DNA from: an uncultured Syntrophobacterales bacterium
GTDB lineage: Bacteria > Desulfobacterota > Syntrophia > Syntrophales > UBA5619
Direction: 5' to 3'
Assembly: GCA_903928915.1 (NCBI GenBank)
Contig: CAIYSL010000068.1
Location: 17,005 to 81,004, forward strand
DNA length: 64,000 nt
Below the pieces are notes generated by a model. It was given only the letters and a program-made list of their open reading frames with translations. It did not search any database and had not been told where the DNA came from. Shown in pieces: positions 55,438 through 64,000 of this stretch (its first letter is position 1; each line of letters starts with the position of its first letter). Both the position numbers and the translations under genes were made by a program.

Positions 55438-55791
55438 ATGGGATTTTCACTGCTTCTCACCGTACTGGCCCTGAAGTTCAAGAAGGTGTCGAAGACGAAC
55501 AAGGACTTCAGGAAATTCCTGATGGGTCACGAATGCAGGGTCGTGATCAAGACGAAGGACGGCACCCGGGGGAAACGGTTCATCTTCAGGGACGGCGCGT
55601 TTTCGTCGGACCGGGTGCTGGACGAGTACGATGCGGCGATGATCTGGAGCGACCCCAAGACCGCGTTTCGGTCCCTCAAGGCCGGAGAAGAGGGGATCAA
55701 GGCCGCGCTCCAGAACCATCTCGTCGGGATCGACGGCAGCGTCCACTCCTTCACCTGGTTTGGCGCCGCCATCAAGTTCGTCACGGCGTAG
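55438..55791 (+). CDS. small SCP2-like / unknown protein
   Basis: 117 aa, starting 22 nt after budA. Pattern RFIFRDG...DAAMIWSDPKTAF...ALQNHLVGIDG. Weak family assignment. Confidence 0.5.
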   Translation: MGFSLLLTVLALKFKKVSKTNKDFRKFLMGHECRVVIKTKDGTRGKRFIFRDGAFSSDRVLDEYDAAMIWSDPKTAFRSLKAGEEGIKAALQNHLVGIDGSVHSFTWFGAAIKFVTA

Positions 55792-55865
55792 AACCGTTCG
55801 GCGGCGTGCGGATAGCGGGGCCGCGTTGCCGGCGCCGCACCCGACAGTGTAGGCAAGGAGGGAGT

Positions 55866-57161
55866 ATGAGTTACTGGTCGCATGAATATCTGCTGCGGAC
55901 ATGGGGCGGCCCGATGGTGCAGGCCGAGTTCCTGAAGGAGGTCCAGAAACCGTTCTTCGTGCCCCGCATTTTTTCCGGGCTCAATCTCTTTCTCGACAAG
56001 GCCGGTCTGCTGCCCGATGCGGTCGACCTGGTGGCGAAGGAGTGCAAGACGAAACGGGCGTTCATCGTGACCGACGAGTACGCCGTCCGGTACGCCCCGA
56101 AGGTGATGGGTCCCTACGAAAAGCGGCATGGGATCAAATTCGAGGTCTGGGCCAAGGCAAAGCCGGACGCCCCGATCGATACGGTAAAGGACTGCGCCCG
56201 GATGATGCGGCAGTTTGGCCCCGACCTGATCTTCGCCATCGGCGGCGGCTCGTCGATGGATACCGCCAAAGGGGCATGGCTGCTGTACGAGCATCCCGAC
56301 GCCGATATCGAGATCCTGAGCCCCCTCGTCCCCCTGAACCTGCGGAATAAGGCCAAGCTGGTTGCCGTCCCGACCACGAGCGGGACCGGTTCGGAGGTCA
56401 CCGGGATCGCCGTGATCTCCTTTCCCGACGGCGTCAAGCTCGGCACGGGCGGCGCATTGCCGGAGTTCGTCCCCGACTTTGCCCTGCTCGACCCGACGCT
56501 GACCGTGGGGATGCCGCCGCAGCTCACCGCCGGGACCGGGGGCGACGCCCTGGCCCACGCCATCGACGGTTTCCTGGTCCCCCGGGCGGATGAATTGAAC
56601 CAGGCGATCGCGCTCAAGGCGATCCGGATGGTGTTCGAATGGCTGCCCAGGGCGTACAAGGACGGCACCGACCTGATGCCCAGGATCAAGATGCAGCAGG
56701 CGGCGATGATGGCGGGAATCCCCTTATGCAACGCGGGCTCCGGGATCTCGCACGCCCTCGGCCACACCATCGGCGGCCTGTATCACATCCATCACGGCGC
56801 CATGGTCCTGCTGTTTATCCCCTATGAACTGCAGGTCTATGCGAAGGCGACCGACCGGTACCTGGAAATCTGCGACGTCCTGGGCATCCGGGACAGCGGC
56901 TCGGCCGCGCAAAGCCTCTCCAACCTCATCGCAAAGATCCGCGGCCTGATGGCGGAGGTGAACCTCCCCGTGAGTCTGCAGGACGCCGGCATCTCCCGGA
57001 GCGACTTTGCAGGGAATCTCGGCACCATCCTCGACCAGGCCCCGACCGACCCGGCCTTCTATTTCGGCTGGTTCGACCTGACCCGCGAGCAGCTGGAGGA
57101 CCTGTTTATGTGCGCCTACGAGGGCAGACTGCTCGACATGAATTCAGAGCTCTGGAGGTGA
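55866..57161 (+). CDS. iron-containing alcohol dehydrogenase
   Basis: ATG at 55866 after AAGGAGGGAG. IFAIGGGSSMDTAK...PTTSGTGSEV...HALGH...HG. The track start at 55533 overlaps the previous gene and is spurious. Confidence 0.9.
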   Translation: MSYWSHEYLLRTWGGPMVQAEFLKEVQKPFFVPRIFSGLNLFLDKAGLLPDAVDLVAKECKTKRAFIVTDEYAVRYAPKVMGPYEKRHGIKFEVWAKAKPDAPIDTVKDCARMMRQFGPDLIFAIGGGSSMDTAKGAWLLYEHPDADIEILSPLVPLNLRNKAKLVAVPTTSGTGSEVTGIAVISFPDGVKLGTGGALPEFVPDFALLDPTLTVGMPPQLTAGTGGDALAHAIDGFLVPRADELNQAIALKAIRMVFEWLPRAYKDGTDLMPRIKMQQAAMMAGIPLCNAGSGISHALGHTIGGLYHIHHGAMVLLFIPYELQVYAKATDRYLEICDVLGIRDSGSAAQSLSNLIAKIRGLMAEVNLPVSLQDAGISRSDFAGNLGTILDQAPTDPAFYFGWFDLTREQLEDLFMCAYEGRLLDMNSELWR

Positions 57162-57165
57162 CCCC

Positions 57166-59001
57166 ATGAAAGGATATTTCGGCAGACTCCTGAAGGTGGA
57201 CCTGACGACCGGGAACGCGGAAGACCTTCCGCTCGGCGACGACGACCTGCGGCGCTACGTCGGCGGCTCGACCCTGGCGGCCCGGATCATCTACGACTAT
57301 GTAACGCCCGGGATGGACCCGCTGGCGCCGGAGAACCCCCTGGTGTTTGCCGCGGGCCCGTTCATCGGTTCCAACATCCCCATGGTCAGCCGCGCGGCGG
57401 TTTGCGGCATCGCCCCGGCGAGCGGCCTCTGGGGCGAGGCGACCACGGGCGGGACCTTCCCCGTTCGCCTGAAAGGCTCCGGGTATGACGGGATCCTGAT
57501 CACCGGCAGGGCCGCCAAGCCGGTCTGGCTTCTCGTCGAGGGGGGCAAGGCGGAGATCAGGGACGCCGGCGATCTCTGGGGCAGGGACACCTATCGGACG
57601 CAGGAGCTGATCGACCGGGAGGCCGGGGGAAAGGCCTCCACCGCCTGCATCGGCGCGGCAGGGGAGCGGTTGATCCGGTATGCCGGGATCATGAACGACG
57701 AGGGCAGGGCCGCGGGCAGGTGCGGCCTGGGGGCGCTGATGGGGGCGAAGAATCTCAAGGCCGTGGCCGTATCCGGGAACCGGAAGGCCGAGGTTGCGGA
57801 CGCGGAAAAACTCAAGACCCTGGTCGAGGAGGCGCGGGAGTGCATCAGGAGCTACCCGAACACCAACGGGTACAAGCTCTTCGGTACGAACATGTACATG
57901 GACCTGGGGATGCGCCTGGGGGACGTGCCTGCCAAGTATTTCACCAAGAGCATTTTCCCGGTGGAGAAGGTTCACGGCCCTGCCTTCCGGACGCGCTACA
58001 CCATGACGAATTACGCCTGCAGCGGCTGCCTGATCGGATGCGGCCGCGTCATCAAGGACTTCAGCGCCGAGATCAAGCGGGTCGACGGGCCCGAATACGA
58101 AACCGTGGCCGCCTTCGGGCCGCTGTGTATGAACTTCGACATCGACTCGATCGTCCGGGCGAACCATTTCTGCAATCTCCACGGGATCGATTCCATGTCC
58201 TGCGGCGTGTCGATCGCCTTCGCGATGCACCTGTACGAGAAAGGGATCCTCACCAGGGAACGGGCGGGCAGAGAGATCAGGTGGGGAGACGGGGCGGTCA
58301 TCCTCGATCTCCTGGAGCTGATCATCAGCCAGCAGGGGATCGGCGCAGTCCTGTCCAGGGGTGTCCGGGAAATGGCCGCCGCGTTCGGGGCGGACCCCGA
58401 AGAAGCGGCGCAGGTGAAGGGGCTGGAATTCCCGATGCACGATTCCCGCGCCTATCAGGGGGCGGCGCTGGCCTACGCCGTCGGTCCCCGGGGCGCCTGC
58501 CATCTGAAGGGCAGCTTCTACAACCTCGACGCCCCGGGAAACGAATCCGGCCTGGATCTCGGGATAACCTTCAGCAACAAGAACGACCCCGCGCAGAAGG
58601 GGGCGCTCACGGCGAAGATGCTCCATTTCTGCGAGCTGTACAACAGCTTCACCCTGTGTCAATTCTCGCCCATGCCGGCCGCGATGATCGCCCGGACGCT
58701 GGCGGCCATCACCGGCGTCCCGACGGGCGCGATGGACCTGCTCGCCTTCGGCGAACGGTCGCTGAACCTCAAACGGGCCATCAACAACCGGCTGGGCGTC
58801 ACGCGGCAAGACGACAGACTGCCGCGGATCGTCCGGCAGGCGCTGAAGGAGGGGGCGACAGCGGGGATCGAGCCCGACATGGAGACCATGCTGAAGGAGT
58901 TCTACGCGGTGAGCGGGTGGGACTGGGAAACGGGCAAACCGGAGAAGGGGAAACTGCTCGAACTGGGGCTTGACCGGGCGGCTAAGGACCTCTGGGGGTA
59001 G
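57166..59001 (+). CDS. aor: aldehyde:ferredoxin oxidoreductase (tungsto/molybdopterin AOR family)
   Basis: MKGYFGRLLKVDLTTG...YVGGSTLAARI...CSGCLIGCGR...EFPMHDSRA. Starts 4 nt after the ADH stop. Confidence 0.9.
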   Translation: MKGYFGRLLKVDLTTGNAEDLPLGDDDLRRYVGGSTLAARIIYDYVTPGMDPLAPENPLVFAAGPFIGSNIPMVSRAAVCGIAPASGLWGEATTGGTFPVRLKGSGYDGILITGRAAKPVWLLVEGGKAEIRDAGDLWGRDTYRTQELIDREAGGKASTACIGAAGERLIRYAGIMNDEGRAAGRCGLGALMGAKNLKAVAVSGNRKAEVADAEKLKTLVEEARECIRSYPNTNGYKLFGTNMYMDLGMRLGDVPAKYFTKSIFPVEKVHGPAFRTRYTMTNYACSGCLIGCGRVIKDFSAEIKRVDGPEYETVAAFGPLCMNFDIDSIVRANHFCNLHGIDSMSCGVSIAFAMHLYEKGILTRERAGREIRWGDGAVILDLLELIISQQGIGAVLSRGVREMAAAFGADPEEAAQVKGLEFPMHDSRAYQGAALAYAVGPRGACHLKGSFYNLDAPGNESGLDLGITFSNKNDPAQKGALTAKMLHFCELYNSFTLCQFSPMPAAMIARTLAAITGVPTGAMDLLAFGERSLNLKRAINNRLGVTRQDDRLPRIVRQALKEGATAGIEPDMETMLKEFYAVSGWDWETGKPEKGKLLELGLDRAAKDLWG

Positions 59002-59076
59002 TTCCCCGCTCAAAACCGCTTTCCGTTTTGTCCGCTGCGTGTTAAGAAGCTCCGCAGTTACGGGGACAGGTTTACC

Positions 59077-60054
59077 ATGTACCGATCGATCAAAAGCGCG
59101 GCGCTCGGAGCGAGCGGCCTCATCCTTTTCTTCTTCATTCTGTTTGTCGTCAACCAGACGGCGCAGGTGGTGGAGCTTGCCTCGCGCCTGAGTCCGGCCG
59201 CCGGCACGATCATCCTGTGGCTGCTGCTCGGGCTGTACGCCGCCGCTGCGGTTTCGGCTGCGGTGTTCTTCCTGCGGCTGCCGAGGCCGCTCGCGCAGCC
59301 GGAAAGCGAAACGGAGCCGGAGTTCTCCCGGTACCTCGACGCCCTGCGGAGCCGGCTGGCGGTGAACCCCCGCCTGGGGGGACGCGACCTCGCAGGCCGC
59401 GCCGGGGTCGAGAAGGCCCTGGAGGAGCTCGGCCGCGACTGCGACGTCGTCATCGGCGACACCGCCACGGCCGTGTTCATCAGCACGGCCGTCTCCCAGA
59501 GCGGCCGCCTGGATACCCTGTTCGTCCTGACGGCCCACCTGCGGATGGTCTGGCGGATCGCCCACGTCTACGCGCAAAGACCGGCGCTGCGGGACCTGAT
59601 CAACCTGTATGCCAACGTGGCTGCCACGGCCTTTGTCGCGGGCGAGCTGGACGATGCCGAGATCAGCGAGCAGATCGAGCCCATCCTCTCGTCGGCCCTC
59701 GGCGCCGTGAGCATGTCCGTTCCGGGCGTCCAGGTCGCCGCCTCCCTCGTCGTCACTTCGATCCTCACCGGGGCGGCGAACGCTTTTTTCACGCTGCGCG
59801 TGGGGGTCATCGCGCGGCGCTACTGCGGGAGCCTCGTCGTTTCCGACCGCGGCGCCTTGCGGAAATCCGCCACCGCCGAGGCGGCGAAACTCCTCGGGGC
59901 CATCGTGAAGAACGGCACCGCTCGGATCTCGCGGGCCCTGTGGGGAGCCTCGAAAGGCAAGGTGGGGGGGATGTTTTCCAGCCTCACGGGATTTGCCTGC
60001 GAGGTACGGGACTCCTTTATCGATTTGCTGAAGGGGAACAAGGGCGAGGGGTGA
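59077..60054 (+). CDS. membrane protein, DUF697/YcjF-like
   Basis: Two N-terminal TM helices, then DTLFVLTAHLRMVWRIAHVY and further hydrophobic segments typical of DUF697. Family call is moderate. Confidence 0.5.
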   Translation: MYRSIKSAALGASGLILFFFILFVVNQTAQVVELASRLSPAAGTIILWLLLGLYAAAAVSAAVFFLRLPRPLAQPESETEPEFSRYLDALRSRLAVNPRLGGRDLAGRAGVEKALEELGRDCDVVIGDTATAVFISTAVSQSGRLDTLFVLTAHLRMVWRIAHVYAQRPALRDLINLYANVAATAFVAGELDDAEISEQIEPILSSALGAVSMSVPGVQVAASLVVTSILTGAANAFFTLRVGVIARRYCGSLVVSDRGALRKSATAEAAKLLGAIVKNGTARISRALWGASKGKVGGMFSSLTGFACEVRDSFIDLLKGNKGEG

Positions 60055-60253
60055 AGCCCTGCGACTTTTCGCTCCCAACCGAACGCGGCGAGAGGACATA
60101 CCGGCGCCCGCGCTGGCGGAACGGAGATCCATGGGTTCCGGGGCACGGACTCCCGGAGCTTTGGCGGGGCGGGGACGGCAGGGGCTGGCGGCATGCGCAC
60201 CATGCCGCCCAAGGCATGGATCCGGTGCGCAGATCAATCAGCCAGGAGGAAAC

Positions 60254-62794
60254 ATGAACCCTGTCGTTCGTCGTGCAGCGTGCAAAGTGACCGCGAATTT
60301 CATCGCCCTGCTGGCGATGTCTCTACTGGGAGGCTGCGGCGGAGGCGGCGCCTCGCCGGCGTCGCCCGTGCTCGCCGATTCCTTCCGGACGGACGCCAAC
60401 CGGAACGTGGCGATCCGGGCCGAGGCGCTGAACCGGGAGTTTCTGCTTCAGGGGAACATGATCACCCTCGACGGCGCGCAGCAGTTCAGCGGGCTGAAGA
60501 GCAGGGTCGTGGTCTTCCAGAGGCAGGCGGGCAAGCTCTTCATGCTAGAATCCCAGATCGGGCACACCGTCATGCCCGACAGCCCCTTTGCCCTGATTCT
60601 TGCCGAATTCCCCATCATCGCCGCGGAGGACGGCTGGATCTTCTTCGATTTCAACCAGGGGATGTCCCAGATCTTCGTCACCGCGGAGATGTACGCCCCC
60701 GACAGAGACGGCACCGGGTATCAGCCTTCTTTTACGATCGCCAAGGTGCGGAGCTGTTTTCTGAGGGAAGCGGACGCCGGGCGGCTGAACCGGCTTTCCC
60801 TGCGCCAGGCGGCTCAGGTCGAGGGGGTGAACGGCGTCTTGCAGAATGTGGAGGTGCGCTACTACCTCACCCCCTACCTGCCCGATCCCACGTTCACGCC
60901 CACCGAATCGCCGGGATTCGACCATGCCGGCTATTTCACGGTCATGCCCCAGCTGGAAGGCGGCGGCGCGACCAAGGTCCTGGCCACGAAATGGAACCTG
61001 AATCGGAAGCCGATCACCTATCACCTCTCCGCCAACACCCCGCCGGAATACCGCCAGGCGATCCGGGACGGTGTGCTGTACTGGAACAGGACGCTCGGCC
61101 AGGAGATCTTCGCCGTGGCCGACGCCCCCGCCGGGATCACCGCGCCGGACATGGAACGGAACATCATCCAGTGGGTGGATAATGCGACTTCCGGCTCCGC
61201 GTACGCCGACGTCCAGGCCGATCCCCGGACCGGCGAGATCCTCCACGCCCAGATCTTTCTGCCCAGTTCTTTCGCGGTCGGCAGCCGGAAGACGGCATGG
61301 CGGTTCCTCAAGCTTGCCTACCAGTCCTCCGGGAATTCCGCCGCCGGCCTGTTTTCGCTGCGGCACCTGTACAGTCCGCAAGTCTGCGATTTTCCCGCGC
61401 ACGCGCAGATGGTGAAGAACGTCAGCGCCCTCCTGGCTGCCGACGCCACCGATGAGATGATCCTGAAGGCCTCCCGGGCGTACGTCCAGGAATCGCTCAC
61501 CCACGAGGTCGGCCATACCCTGGGGCTGCGCCATAACTTTGCCGGCACCCTGTACGCCGACCACGGTGGCTACACCCGCGAGGAGCTGTACGAGAACTAC
61601 CTCACGGGCGGCCCCTACCGCAGGGTGCTCCCCTCCAGCAGCGTCATGGACTATCACGACGCCATCGAATCGGGCCTGGTCGTCGATCGGTACAACACGG
61701 AGCAGCTTCCCCTACCGCACGACAGCAGCGCCATGCGCTTCCTGTACCTGAACGCGCCGCTGGACAGGACCATCCCCTTCTGCACCGATACGGACACGGA
61801 CCCGGAAATGATCGACTGCCGGCGCTTCGACTACGGCAACTCGCCGTTGGAGTACGCGGCATTGACCCTGAAGTCGAATCTGAGCGTGGAGATCCTGCCC
61901 GCTTCCCTCTATCTGGAGCTGGCGGCCGCGGTCATGGGAGGGACTGCGATCGGTAGCCTGCACCCCTCACCTTCCCGGAAGGCGGAGGCCCTGCTGAGGG
62001 GAAAGGCCCTGCTCTTTGCTGCCTTTACCCAACAGGGGTTCTACAGCCGGACCCTCAAGCGGTATTACCCCGGCACGCTCCTGAAAAATGCCGACCAGAC
62101 GGAGCTCCGCAAGGCGGTCATCCCGGTCGTGCGAACCGACCTCGACGCGTGGTTCCGGAAGAATTCCTTCGGCCAGCGGACGGTTGGCGACATGTTCCAG
62201 CCAATCAATCCCGCCTGGAAGGACGCCTGGATCGAGCGCTTCGAACGGCTCACCGAAGACCCCGCGTTCTTTCACATCGTCGATGCGGACGGGAAGAGCA
62301 TCACCTTCACCCCGGCCGAACGGGAGCAGCTCAGGAACATTGCCCGCACCTTTTTCACCGACCTCATCCCCGCACTGGCGGCGGAGGATGTCAAGTTGCT
62401 CTCCGCAGCGACCGCCAAAATCGACGTGGTGGACGGAGCGGCGGGGGAGGGCTTGCTGGCGGCCATGAACGCCACGAGCCGCGGCTATCTGCTGGCCCGG
62501 ACCGGCGAGACGCTGAGCGCCCTGGTGAAGGGGTCCGAACTGTCGCTGCCCCTGTTCAGGTACTCGTGGACCCTGCGCCTGGACGCCTCGCGCCTCCTTA
62601 CCAACCGGGCCGTGCCGTCCGCGCTCTGGTGGGGGGTGCGGGAAGCCGCTGCGAACAAGGCGGAGCTCACCGGGGTCCTGGATGCGGCGGTCCAGCCGAC
62701 CGGGAGCGCGTTCGCGGCGAAGGAGATGCCCGGTTACTTTTCCGCGGCGAGCAATGCCGCCTATCAGTGGTACCTGGAGAATGCGGTCTTCTGA
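60254..62794 (+). CDS. zinc metalloprotease lipoprotein (Met-zincin, DUF4953/DUF5117-type)
   Basis: ATG at 60254 after AGGAGGAAAC. Lipobox LLGGCGG. HEVGHTLGLRHNF zinc site with downstream SSVMDY. Confidence 0.8.
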   Translation: MNPVVRRAACKVTANFIALLAMSLLGGCGGGGASPASPVLADSFRTDANRNVAIRAEALNREFLLQGNMITLDGAQQFSGLKSRVVVFQRQAGKLFMLESQIGHTVMPDSPFALILAEFPIIAAEDGWIFFDFNQGMSQIFVTAEMYAPDRDGTGYQPSFTIAKVRSCFLREADAGRLNRLSLRQAAQVEGVNGVLQNVEVRYYLTPYLPDPTFTPTESPGFDHAGYFTVMPQLEGGGATKVLATKWNLNRKPITYHLSANTPPEYRQAIRDGVLYWNRTLGQEIFAVADAPAGITAPDMERNIIQWVDNATSGSAYADVQADPRTGEILHAQIFLPSSFAVGSRKTAWRFLKLAYQSSGNSAAGLFSLRHLYSPQVCDFPAHAQMVKNVSALLAADATDEMILKASRAYVQESLTHEVGHTLGLRHNFAGTLYADHGGYTREELYENYLTGGPYRRVLPSSSVMDYHDAIESGLVVDRYNTEQLPLPHDSSAMRFLYLNAPLDRTIPFCTDTDTDPEMIDCRRFDYGNSPLEYAALTLKSNLSVEILPASLYLELAAAVMGGTAIGSLHPSPSRKAEALLRGKALLFAAFTQQGFYSRTLKRYYPGTLLKNADQTELRKAVIPVVRTDLDAWFRKNSFGQRTVGDMFQPINPAWKDAWIERFERLTEDPAFFHIVDADGKSITFTPAEREQLRNIARTFFTDLIPALAAEDVKLLSAATAKIDVVDGAAGEGLLAAMNATSRGYLLARTGETLSALVKGSELSLPLFRYSWTLRLDASRLLTNRAVPSALWWGVREAAANKAELTGVLDAAVQPTGSAFAAKEMPGYFSAASNAAYQWYLENAVF

Positions 62795-62815
62795 GACGAG
62801 GGAGGGAGGGAGGGG

Positions 62816-63967
62816 ATGAAAAATCACTTGGTTCGTGCAGTGCAGGCGGTGCTGCTGGGGACGATGACGCTTTTGGGAGCCGCGTCATGCGCGGGCACGC
62901 ACAGCGGCCAGCCCTTCAGCCAGGACGTCCAGGACCGGCTGAACCGCGCCGTGGACGCCAAGATGGCGGAGTTCGGGGTGCCGGGTGCGATCGTCGGCGT
63001 CTGGGTTCCCGGCAAGGGCGAGTGGATCGCCTGCAAAGGGGTGGCGGATATCCGGACCGGCGCGGCGCCGAGAGTCCAGGACCGCGTCCGCATCGCTAGC
63101 ATAACCAAGACCTTCGCCGCCACGGTGATCCTCCAGCTCGCCGACGAGAAGCGGCTCAGTCTGAGCGATACCCTGAACCAGTACGACCTGGGGGTGACCG
63201 TGCCCAACAGCGACCGGATAACCATCCGCAACCTGCTGAACATGACCTCCGGGCTTTTCAACTACACCGACGACGAGAATTTCTGGCAGCAGTTCCTCGC
63301 CGCCCCCACGGCGGTCTGGACGCCGAAGCGGCTCGTGGAGATGGCCGCGGCCAAGGGGGCGGTGTCGCCGCCGGGCCAGGCCTATGCCTACAACAACACG
63401 AATTACGTGCTGCTCGGCATGATCATCGAGAAGGTCACGGGCAACACCGCGGCTGCGGAGATCACCCGCAGGATCATCGACGAGCTCGGCCTGAGGAACA
63501 CCAGCTTCCCCACCACGGCCGCGATGCCGGCGCCGTTCATGCACGGCTACATGCCGGAGGCAGGCATCGGGGGCGATACGGGCGGGCCGGCGGTGATCGA
63601 CATGTCGGTCGAGTCGCCCACCCCCTTCTACACCGCGGGCGGGATGATCTCCGACCTCATGGACCTGAAGACCTGGCTGCAGGCTCTGGCGAGCGGCTCG
63701 CTCGTGAGCCCGGAGATGCAGAAGGAGCGGATGACGTTCGGGTCTCCCAACACGCCCTACTACGGTCTGGGCGTCATGAACGGCGGGAACATGCTCGGCC
63801 ACTCCGGCGAGATCACCGGGTACAACAGCTCCGCCTACACCCATCCCGGGGGAAACGGCGCGACGATCATCGTCCTCATCAACCGGTACCCGAGCAAGGT
63901 CGAAGGGGTCTCCGACCAGATCCTGGCTGAAGTCGGGAAGGCCGTCGCGGACCTGATCCAGCGGTAG
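62816..63967 (+). CDS. serine hydrolase (beta-lactamase class C / DD-peptidase family) lipoprotein
   Basis: Lipobox LGAASCAG. SxxK (ASITK), YxN (YNNTNY) and HSG (GHSGE). Confidence 0.85.
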   Translation: MKNHLVRAVQAVLLGTMTLLGAASCAGTHSGQPFSQDVQDRLNRAVDAKMAEFGVPGAIVGVWVPGKGEWIACKGVADIRTGAAPRVQDRVRIASITKTFAATVILQLADEKRLSLSDTLNQYDLGVTVPNSDRITIRNLLNMTSGLFNYTDDENFWQQFLAAPTAVWTPKRLVEMAAAKGAVSPPGQAYAYNNTNYVLLGMIIEKVTGNTAAAEITRRIIDELGLRNTSFPTTAAMPAPFMHGYMPEAGIGGDTGGPAVIDMSVESPTPFYTAGGMISDLMDLKTWLQALASGSLVSPEMQKERMTFGSPNTPYYGLGVMNGGNMLGHSGEITGYNSSAYTHPGGNGATIIVLINRYPSKVEGVSDQILAEVGKAVADLIQR

Positions 63968-64000
63968 GGACGGCGGGCCCCTGCGGTGCCGGTGCGAGGT

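Noticed and set aside
57106-60237. 1043-aa minus-strand ORF, the longest in the track, spanning the AOR and DUF697 genes
   Set aside because: It is Arg/Gly/Pro/Asp-rich with no recognisable domain. It is exactly antisense to two plus-strand genes with strong family signatures. This is the typical shadow ORF of high-G+C DNA.

Overview
High-G+C bacterial chromosomal segment (individual lines count roughly 65-80 % G+C). Gene content looks like an anaerobe: a cbi-type cobalamin pathway, aldehyde:ferredoxin oxidoreductase and apparent selenocysteine use. A Desulfobacterota-like origin is only an inference.

Left part (1-19.7 kb):
- a degraded PAS/GAF histidine kinase
- a cytoplasmic molybdopterin oxidoreductase
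- a ribose-type sugar ABC transporter
- a beta-hydroxyacid dehydrogenase
- a GH13 glycosidase
- a DsbA/FrnE-like gene that is intact only if an in-frame TGA inside the CxxC motif is read as selenocysteine
- an orphan CheY-like receiver
- a 1024-aa secreted 12-blade NHL protein carrying four copies of an unassigned ~105-aa C-terminal repeat
- a GT5 glycogen-synthase-like gene, an MFS permease, a LysM/RlpA protein and a PAC2-family protein

Middle (about 19.9-30.8 kb): a visibly lower-G+C island with no mobility genes. Six of its eight genes encode exported phosphoesterases or a nuclease: a Tat metallophosphoesterase, a DNase II-family lipoprotein coupled to a 4-TM protein, a histidine-phosphatase-like lipoprotein, two purple-acid-phosphatase-like lipoproteins and a DUF3089 hydrolase. 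The other two are the 4-TM protein and a small secreted protein of unknown function. Two genes are disrupted, one by a C9 homopolymer frameshift and one by an in-frame TAA.

Right (30.8-51.3 kb, minus strand): a ~20-kb, 21-gene cobalamin biosynthesis and cobalt uptake cluster headed by a clear cobalamin riboswitch plus intrinsic terminator. It contains CbiMN and CobD-CobQ fusions, an embedded DMT/EamA permease and a low-G+C PNPOx-like gene.

Far right (51.4-64 kb, plus strand): a frameshifted ArsR regulator, YhdH-type reductase, DmpA/P1 peptidase, nitroreductase, acetolactate decarboxylase, Fe-ADH, AOR, a DUF697-like membrane protein, a Met-zincin lipoprotein and a serine hydrolase.

No rRNA, tRNA, CRISPR array, transposase or integrase was recognised. 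Many long ORFs in the six-frame track are antisense or out-of-frame shadows of these genes.
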